A model generated the notes under the pieces. The model was not told the origin of the DNA and did no database searches. It saw only the letters and a program-made list of their open reading frames with translations. From Escherichia phage 520873, in the sequence record NC_049344.1: 37,583 nucleotides of DNA. One strand, given 5' to 3'. This document shows positions 27,739-37,583 of the stretch, one piece after another. The translations under genes were made by a program, and so were the position numbers. Position 1 is the stretch's first letter, and each line of letters opens with the position of its first letter.

Positions 27739-30581
27739 TCAATCTTTATCGTAAAAACTGCCACGCCCGGCACGGGCGCGCCGTTCCATTTCTGCCCTGA
27801 CCATTTCACCGACCAGTTTCGCCAGTTCGCGGGGATTCTGCGTAACAACGTTATGCAGATGAACATGAATTTCACCACCAAATCCGGAGGCAACAGGCTC
27901 CCGGTTACGGGAAGTTACAGGAACTGATACCACTGGAGATCGTATAGCCTCCGCCACCGGGCGGGAGCTGGCCGCAACAACAGGGACCAGCGCCGGAGGC
28001 AGCGGAGCCGGGACCACGGGTGTGATATTAATTGCGGGGGCAGGCTTACTGACCTGCGCAATCTTCCGCTCCTGCCACTCCCCACGAACAGCAAGTGCTC
28101 GGGGCAGGTTTTTAAAGACAATATCGCCGGGGCCAATGCGTTTTTTCGTCTCCTCAACCAGCTTACCTGTGTTATCAGCAATTTTGCTGAGTCTGCGCAG
28201 CGTACCGGTATTGCTGTCTGTGAGCGGTTTATTGTCTTTGGGGTTATCACCTCCGGTGCCATTGCCATTTTCCACAGGCTTCGGCGGATTGATTTTCGCC
28301 AGGTCCCCCTGAAGCAAGGCAACCTTGTCCTGAAGAATGGCCGCACGCTGTGCGTCTTCGATTTTCTTGCGCGCCCTTTCCGCTTCATCCGGAAGCACAC
28401 CAAGCTTTTCAAGTATCCACGCCAGCGTATCCAGCAACATTTTTGCAGGTGTCAGAACAAGTTGTAACGCACCGCCAAGAACGTTACCGAATATCTCGCC
28501 AGCACTGGTACATTTATCCAGAGTTTCCTTGCTGGACTCCATCGGTGACAGCAGCGATTTAAACCAGTTAAACACCTGGCTGATCCCACTCCCGATTGCG
28601 TCAAAAACAGGACCAAACCGTTCAAAGGTTTCGCGCAACGGGGTCAGCCTTTCCATAATCCCGCTGAACACCCCGGCAAAAAATGCCCTGATGGGATCCC
28701 AGTATTTCCAGATAAGAACGGCAGCTCCGGCAAGCGCAGCCACGATAAGACCAACCGGACTGAACAACGCCCCGATAGCGCCTCCCAGTAAAGAAACGGA
28801 ACCCGTCACCATTCCCCATAGTGCTGGCAGACCCCTGACAGCATTCATTGATCCGGTCAGGAGGGAAAAACCAAGACGCAGTTTTGCCAGCGGGCCAGCA
28901 AGCACACCAATAGCCAGCGACAACGAGCCAACCGTTGCAGTCATTGCCAGCAGTGCACCGCCTGCAATCAGTAGCTGGCGCGTCAGTGCGGGATGGGCCT
29001 GCGCCAGCGCCGTCACCTTTGATACCACACGCGTGAGCCACTGCGTGACAGAACGCAGCGGACCGTCAATCAGATCTGCAATGCGGATGCGCAACCCTTC
29101 CCATGCACTGCTGAGTGATTTCAGATCGCCGTCAAGGTTGTTGGCCATAACCTTTGCCGTGCGTTCAGCCTCACCGCGCGCGCCTTCAAGTTCTTTTCTC
29201 AGTTTGGGTAAGGAGCCGTCACCTGCCGCATCAACGAGGGCCATAAATGATGTGAAAGCCTCTTCTCCGGCAATGTCCTTAAAGAACGATACCCGGTCAA
29301 CTTCCCCGTATTTGCGGGTAGCTTTATAAAGGTCAGCCAGCACATCCTCCATCGGGCGCATTTTGCCCCCGGCATCCGAGACAGACACGCCAAGCTCTTT
29401 CAGCGCCTCTGCTGCCGCCTTTGGCGGTGATGCCAGACGAGCCAGGCTGGCACGCATTGCCGTACCAGCATCACTCCCCTGATACCCATATTCGCCAGCA
29501 CGCCCGCCATCGCTGCGGCCTGCTCCAGCGATATTCCCAGCTTACCCGCCACCGGACCTGCATATTTCATGGTTTCACCCAGTGCGCGAAGGTCAGTGTT
29601 GGTACGGGTAAACGCTGCGGTGAGTGTGTCGCCGACCCGGTCCATCTGGTCAGCAGAAAGACCGAACTGCGTCAGAATATTTGAGCCAATATCCGCCGTC
29701 TCACCGAGGTCCATACCGCCAGCCGTTGCCATGCTCAGTACGCCAGGGAGCGCAGCCTGAATGGCCTGTGGTGTAAAGCCAGCCATTGCAAGAAATGCCT
29801 GTCCACTGGCGGCATCGCCTGCGGTGAACTGCGTTTCAGAGCCAAGTTTTAACGCCTGCTCACGCAGCGCCTTAAACTGCGGGCTGTTCTGGTCGATTCG
29901 CGTCAGTGCCTGAACGCGGGACATCTCTTTGCCGAACCCGATCGCAGGCTGCAAAAAACGCCCGGCAGCATAGCCGCCCGCCGCTGCCGCACCAATTGCC
30001 AGCGCACCACCTGTTTTCAGTTTTCCCGCTGTTTCCTGCGCGCGCGAATACCGCTCACGCGCCCGTGTTACACGCGCAAGCGCCTGCCGTTCGCGTTCAA
30101 GCTGGTTGTTGTACTGTTCGGTGCGTCTGATGGCCTGCTGGATGGTGTTATCGCTGCCTGTCAGGGAAATGCCGTGGCGTTTCAGCTCTCCGCCAAGCTC
30201 CCGCATTTTCTGAATTTCCCGTGTGCGCGATTCATTCAGGCGTTCAAGCCGGGTGCTTAACTGCTGCATCAGCTTTTGTTGTTTTTCGCTGAGCACTGTA
30301 CCCGTGCGTTGTAACTGATTAAGGGCGTTAAGCTGGCGTCGTGCTTTCACGATGCCCGCATCCGCTTTACTGACAGCGTCACGGGCGCGCTCAAATGATC
30401 GCGCCTGACGCTCGAGATTTTTGATCGCCCCCTGCGTTCGCTGGATGGAGTCACCAAACTGCCCCATCAGGCGGCGGGCGTTTTCGGCAGGCCGGGTCAG
30501 CCTGTCAACGGCGCTGAAAGCGACCCGGATATCAAGAGTCTTCATTGTCTGCATTCCCGCTACGAAGTGCCGCCCGCTCAC
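27739..30581 (-). CDS. T: Tail tape measure protein gpT; apparent frameshift at the G4 run near 29476-29479
   Basis: Two overlapping ORFs (29400..30581, 27739..29457); restoring one G gives continuous ...ANMGIRGSDAGTAMRASLARL... Confidence 0.8.
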
Positions 30582-31070
30582 GCCAGCTAACCACTTCGCC
30601 GGGCGTCATCATGAAGATTTCGGCGGGCGACCAGTTAAAAATGGCGGCAATATCCGCCACCAGATCTTCGATGTGCTCAAAGCACACCAGGGTGATTACG
30701 CTGCCGTCTCCTGCACGCTCTTCGCGCCAGAGTCTGGCTCGCTCATAAAATTTACAGCCACAGCGCACAACTGAATAAAATCGCGTGACGACATTTTTTT
30801 AATCATCACTTCATCCAGTCGTGGCGAGGTCACGCGAGGCAACAGCGTGAACATGGTATCCGCTTTCAGATTCAGCACATCAGACAGCGACAGACCACGC
30901 AGGGATCCAGCCTGCTCAATAGCCCCGGTGATCTCCACATACGTGATTTTTTCGCCACCACGCTCAATTGGTCGGGTCAGTTTTACGCCACGTTCGACAG
31001 CCATATCCTCAACTGCCGTCACATTATCCGCCACGGTGTTATTCCGGGTTTCAGTATCGATGTCTTTCAT
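30532..31070 (-). CDS. Tail assembly chaperone E+E' (-1 frameshift product)
   Basis: A second ORF in the -1 frame overlaps the 3' part of E; on the mRNA an A7 run (plus-strand T7 at 30794-30800) sits at the frame junction and the -1 frame opens immediately after it. Confidence 0.5.
30696..31070 (-). CDS. E: Tail assembly chaperone gpE
   Basis: ORF in the gpE position upstream of T. Confidence 0.7.
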   Translation of the reverse strand: MKDIDTETRNNTVADNVTAVEDMAVERGVKLTRPIERGGEKITYVEITGAIEQAGSLRGLSLSDVLNLKADTMFTLLPRVTSPRLDEVMIKKMSSRDFIQLCAVAVNFMSEPDSGAKSVQETAA

Positions 31071-31125
31071 CTGTTGTCTCCTTTTCAGTCAGAGGCGACG
31101 CACTGCGCCGCCAGCATATTACTTA

Positions 31126-31638
31126 TCAGCCAAGCCCAAGCGCGGAACGGATGCGATCGGGCACAATGTCCTTGCCGTCCTTCCGGTAAATGAAGTTCAG
31201 CAGGTCAATCTCCCACAACGGGCGATCGTTAACACTCAGCTTGTAGTAGGTGTTTTTAATGGCGTAAGTGTGTGATGTGGCTTCGCCCTGTTTGGCTTCC
31301 CCCATATCAATTTCCGTCACACGTCCGCGCATTTCGACTTCATACAGGTCGCTTTCTGCATCGGTGTAGTATTCACCCGCAAAACGCAGCAGCGTGCCGT
31401 CAATCGTGCCGCCATACTTAAGGAACAGCTCACGAACTGCGCCCCCCATGACAAAGCTCGCATCAAGCGCGGAGTCGTCCAGACCGAGATCAATACTTAC
31501 CGCACCCATCATGCCACCACCCCGGTAGCTGTCGGTTTTGCGCGTCAGCTTAGGCAGAGTGACGGACGTCACCTTACCCACTTCGTTTTCACCATCCACA
31601 AACAGCGTAAAAAAGCGAAGATGTTTTGGTACAGCCAT
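31126..31638 (-). CDS. FII: Tail tube protein gpFII
   Basis: 170-aa ORF, P2 gpFII size and position. Confidence 0.85.
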   Translation of the reverse strand: MAVPKHLRFFTLFVDGENEVGKVTSVTLPKLTRKTDSYRGGGMMGAVSIDLGLDDSALDASFVMGGAVRELFLKYGGTIDGTLLRFAGEYYTDAESDLYEVEMRGRVTEIDMGEAKQGEATSHTYAIKNTYYKLSVNDRPLWEIDLLNFIYRKDGKDIVPDRIRSALGLG

Positions 31639-31858
31639 CAGACACCTCCCAGCACCGCAAATGCGGGACCAAAGAATTCATCAGTAAACGACTGGTAAAG
31701 CTCCATGTCTTCCAGTGGCGGAACGGGCGTATATTTGTAGCGAATACGCACGCGCCCCTGACGTAAATTCGTGGTGCCGTTATCCACCACGTCATACCAG
31801 CACGACGCCCCAATCAGTTTCCCGGCAGTAACCAGTGAATCCAGTTTTGCCCTGATGG

Positions 31859-33812
<1,954 letters not shown>

Positions 33813-34938
33813 TGATGGCACTGATAACATCTTTCACGTTCGCAGGCGTCAGTGGACTGTCGATGGTTTCAAACTGCGCTTCCGCAATTGAATCAGCCAG
33901 CACCTGTGCGGTTCGGGTATACACCTCAAAGATGTAGGCGTTCGTTTCCGGTGTGCGGTTGCCCCAGAAGCGGAACCCGTTGCGACGAATAATGGTCGTG
34001 ATTTCTTTGTTGTTGAGGCTGTTGGCATCACTGTCTTCGGCCTGCAACGACCAGAACACATGCCTGGACATCCCCAGCACATTTTTAACCGGAACGTTGG
34101 ACAGCGATTTGTGCCAGCCCTGCTCATGGTCAATGTACGCACGAAGGCCGCACGCATAGGCAGGCGCGGGGAACGTTTCGTTTTTGCCACTTTTCGGGTT
34201 GTAGGCGATGAAGTCCGGCCATAAGAGCATCACCTCACGTTCGTTGAATTTCTGGCGGTAGGTAATCGCCTCAGCCATCGTGTTACAGCCGTGACATGAG
34301 GCATACACAAACGCGCGCAGTTTACCCGCAATCACGCACAGGGATTTTGTTACCGCCTCCGTATCCAGCTCCGGCGCGGCCAGAATACGCGGACGGTATC
34401 CGATGCTTTCATCCTGCTCTGCAACAAGCAGCGCATACATCCCCGTATAGCTGCCGTCAGATTCAGAACCACCGATAACCAGTTGATCCTGCGTTTTTCC
34501 GTCTTCTTCTTTGTGTTCAGCCACGCGAACGACGATCACCTTTGTGCTCACCTGGTCTGCGATGGCCTTAAGCGCACGATAAAGCGTCCCCGTTGTTCCG
34601 CATTTTCCCAGCACGTCATTGACGCGGGTCAGCAGTGTGGGCTTGTTCAGCGGGAACAGCTCCGCATCCGCATCATCCGCCGTTGCCACGATACCGATAA
34701 CACTGGAATCAACATCATTAATCGCTGTTACCAGGTCGGTACTTTCCGTAACACGGGCACCATGAAAACGAGTTTCACTCATAGCTTCAGCCCCTTGTAT
34801 CCGTTAAATGATTCGGCAACAATCATCACCCACCACGCGCGTAATCTCACCCCTGCGCCGTTCTCCCGCCACGGCGACAACAAAAAGCAGTAACCCCCTC
34901 CGCACGCACATGCGACCATGCCGCACAGGGAGGGAAAG

Positions 34939-36036
34939 ATGACCGACACCACCATGCAATTGCTCAGTCAGAGCACAGACCCCGTGAAAATGCCGGATTT
35001 TGATATTCTCGCGGAGGGGAAAACGCTGTCCGGCGTGGCAGAGCGCCTGATGAGTCTGTCACTGACCGACAACCGGGGATTTGAAGCGGACCAGCTCACC
35101 ATCACGCTGGATGATGCGGATGGTCAGTTGCAGCTACCGCCACGGGGCGCGCGCCTGACGGTTCTCATTGGCTGGAAAGGAGAACCGCTGACAGAAAAAG
35201 GCACTTACATTGTTGATGAAATCGCTCACGAAGGTCCGCCGGACAGGCTGACTGTTTCAGCCAGAAGCGCAGATTTTCGGGATGAATTTAACGTTAAACG
35301 TGAAGTGTCCTGGCATGATGTGACCGTTGAGCGCGTGGTATCTGCTATCGCTCACCGGTACGGCCTGAAACCGCAAATCAGCGAAATGCTGATGGATATC
35401 GAAATCGACCACGCCGACCAGACCGAAGAAAGCGACATGTCCTTCCTTACGCGCATGGCGGAAATGCTGGCGCAATCACCACGGTAAAAAGCGGTAATCT
35501 GTTATTCATCATGCCAGGCGGTGGCGTGAACGCACAGGGAAAACCATTGCCATCGTTTGCCATCACACGCAGCAGCGGCGATCGCCATCAGTTTCGCATT
35601 GCTGACCGCGAGGCGTATACGGGTGTACGCGCCTACTGGCTTGATCTTAATTACGGGAAAAAGAAAAAGTCAGCGTGAAACGCCGCAAACCGAAAAAGGA
35701 GAAAAGCAGCAGCCGGGAAGGCGACTATATGGAAGGCGCGGAAGCAACGTGTTTGTGTTACGCAAGACTTATCAGAACGAGCAGGCAGCAAGACGTGCAG
35801 CGGCGGCAAAGTGGCAGCAGCTACAACGCGGAGCCGCAGCGTTCTCCATCACGCTGGCGCGTGGACGTGCAGAACTCTATCCCGAAATGCATGGCACGGT
35901 GACAGGCTTCAAAAGTGACATCGACAATCAGGACTGGATTATTGCAAAAGCCGAGCACACCATTGACAACAGCGGCTTTACCACTCAGCTTGAGCTTGAA
36001 GCAAAAATCCCGGAATGGATAGCAGAAACAGAGTAA
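34939..36036 (+). CDS. D: Tail protein gpD (late control gene D); three apparent single-base frameshifts
   Basis: Segments in three frames align in order to remembered P2 gpD (PDFDILAEG...TDNRGFEADQL...SARSADFR...; ...AITRSSGDRHQFRIADREAYTGV...; ...REGDYMEGAEA...; ...AKWQQLQRGAAAFSITLARGRAELYPE...). Breaks fall near 35465, 35670 and 35745, in short A runs where visible. Confidence 0.8.
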
Positions 36037-36230
36037 ACAACTTAGATGCATTAGCCCTGACATTTGTTAACGCGCCTACAGCAAGAATCATAACCAATCT
36101 GACAGCCTACCAAGTGTCAAAATCAGAAGTACCTTACATTAGAATATGTTAATTTGTAGCAAACAAATTTACACACAAATGATTACTGCTGAAATAGCGC
36201 CCATAAATGCCATGTCAGAGGATCCATGTT

Positions 36231-36605
36231 ATGAATATGCAACCAGCAGCCACAGTTGCTGCAGTCTGCCTTGCTGCATATTTTGCTTTACGAAATGAAC
36301 GTAAAAAGAAAGCACTTGAGATTAGAACAACTCAACTAGATCGAATATCTGAGCTAGTAAACCGAGCATCTACCAATTTGATGCAATATACAGGTAGCCT
36401 TGCCTCTATACTGGAAGCGCGCCAAAGAAGATTATCGACCGAACAAAAATTTGACATTAATGTAATTAGCAAATGGAAAGATTGCCTCGATGAGAGTGAG
36501 GTCTGGGCGATTGATATACAGCACTCAGAGCATGTCAGCACAGCCTGGAGTTTCATCGTGAAAAAGAATGGGCTGAATGGAAACAAATATTCCACCATTA
36601 CTTGA
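36231..36605 (+). CDS. Hypothetical membrane-anchored protein in the AT-rich D-ogr cargo region
   Basis: MNMQPAATVAAVCLAAYFALR... N-terminal TM helix; downstream frames stay open in shifted frames (36576..36711 and beyond). Confidence 0.4.
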   Translation: MNMQPAATVAAVCLAAYFALRNERKKKALEIRTTQLDRISELVNRASTNLMQYTGSLASILEARQRRLSTEQKFDINVISKWKDCLDESEVWAIDIQHSEHVSTAWSFIVKKNGLNGNKYSTIT

Positions 36606-37025
36606 TAAAATTGATCAATTCTTTCTCATATCTAAGCCAGGGCAACCTGTTACGTTTATAAATAGCCAAAACAAACAGCTGATGAACTACTTGATTTCTC
36701 AAGATATTTGAGAGCTCAAACAGCAGAAATTGAATCAGTACGTCGGCAGTTACTTCCCAAATGAGAAAGAATTCAGCGAGTTGACTAGCTTTAGACCTAT
36801 CACAATATTTAGCCTATTTAAATCAATAAAGAAAAATGTCATGCAATTTTTCTGTATCGGCGCTCTTAAAAATTGACGCTCTGTTGCAAGCAACCCCAGT
36901 GTTAAACTGGGGTTATTCTTGCTAAGAGACCTTTCTACGGCATCAGTAAACAAAGCGAACTATCAGTTGGAGTCTGAGTAAGTTCAGCCTAAACTAGCGA
37001 CAGTACTACGTTAAGGGAGGTCGCT

Positions 37026-37286
37026 ATGTTTCGTTGTCCGCTTTGTGGCGCATCTGCCCGTATCCGCACCAGTCGTTCGGAAAATGATTCAGATACCGTG
37101 CGGAAAAAATATTACCAGTGTAACAACCTGGAATGCGGCGTATGCTTCTCAACACTGGAGGCTTTCCATAAATTCACATCGAAACACGCCCCCGGCGTTC
37201 ACTCTTCAGAGGGCATCCCGTGGAATGAGCTGCCAGCTTCGCACAGGGGAAACAACCAAATGAGTTTGCCCTTACCTCAGAATTAA
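37026..37286 (+). CDS. ogr: Ogr/Delta-family zinc-finger late transcription activator
   Basis: MFRCPLCGASARIRTSR...YYQCNNLECGVCF matches the remembered P2 Ogr Cys pattern (MFHCPLC...ARTSR...HQCQNVNCSATF); RBS AAGGGAGG. Confidence 0.75.
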   Translation: MFRCPLCGASARIRTSRSENDSDTVRKKYYQCNNLECGVCFSTLEAFHKFTSKHAPGVHSSEGIPWNELPASHRGNNQMSLPLPQN

Positions 37287-37375
37287 CAGGCTGAATTGCC
37301 GGAGTAACAAAAAAGCGATAGATTACGCGCGGGTGCCTTTCGGCTGATGGCTGGAGGAATACCCGAAGGCCAGAT

Positions 37376-37558
37376 GTGGAAAGGCCCCGGAAAACATTTC
37401 TGTTTAACCGAGGCCCTGACCATCTAACCTTAGCAAGTGATAGGTTAGCGCCTCCCCAAAAAAGGAGCAAGCGCTATGTCGCAAAAATCGCTTATGGCCA
37501 TCACGTTCTGCGTGACGGTAATCCTCATCATCTGGATGCTGCACGGTTCGCTGTGTGA
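37376..37558 (+). CDS. Possible mok-like overlapping reading frame of a hok locus
   Basis: ORF overlapping the hok-like ORF in another frame, as in hok/mok/sok loci. Confidence 0.3.
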   Translation: MERPRKTFLFNRGPDHLTLASDRLAPPQKRSKRYVAKIAYGHHVLRDGNPHHLDAARFAV

Positions 37559-37583
37559 AATACGGATGAGCTTCTGGGGAGCG
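37476..37583 (+). CDS. Hok/Gef-family type I toxin (partial, runs off window)
   Basis: RBS AAGGAG; MSQKSLMAITFCVTVILIIWMLHGSLCEIR has the Hok TM helix and conserved SLCEIR motif. Confidence 0.5.
   Translation, partial: MSQKSLMAITFCVTVILIIWMLHGSLCEIRMSFWGA

Noticed and set aside
28337-29329. 330-aa plus-strand ORF opposite the tape measure gene
   Set aside because: Antisense to gpT; Ser/Ala/Pro-rich composition; no start context.
36750-36953. Minus-strand 67-aa ORF in the D-ogr cargo region
   Set aside because: Low-complexity AT-rich translation with no RBS; more likely antisense to the fragmented plus-strand cargo gene.

Overview
The window is almost entirely a P2-family (myovirus) prophage on the + strand, about 36 kb and running past the right edge. 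It sits in the 3' end of a leuZ-type tRNA-Leu next to chromosomal yecA, which occupies the first ~0.7 kb. Order left to right: attL tRNA fragment; integrase (-); AT-rich cargo island (-); XRE-type repressor (-); early operon (+) with Cox-like gene, small ORFs and HUH replication initiator gpA; a cargo locus with a plasmid-type ParM/ParR actin-like partition pair and an orphan promoter-leader-small-protein cassette; portal Q and terminase P (-); capsid, lysis, baseplate and tail-fibre genes O to G (+); an invertible tail-fibre segment (alternative H'/G' on the - strand) with a Gin/Hin-family invertase; tail genes U-T-E/E'-FII-FI on the - strand, inverted relative to canonical P2 order, with sheath gene FI split by a complete 1954-bp IS100 (istA/istB); then D, an AT-rich cargo gene, the Ogr-type late activator, and a partial hok/mok-like toxin locus at the edge. 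Most novel-looking: the ParMR module inside an integrative P2-like prophage, and the orphan cassette beside it. Caveat: yecA, int, A, T and D each show single-base frame breaks, four traced to homopolymer runs, so these are probably assembly indels rather than pseudogenes; the IS100 insertion is a real disruption. All homology calls are by reading translations against remembered protein families; no searches were run.
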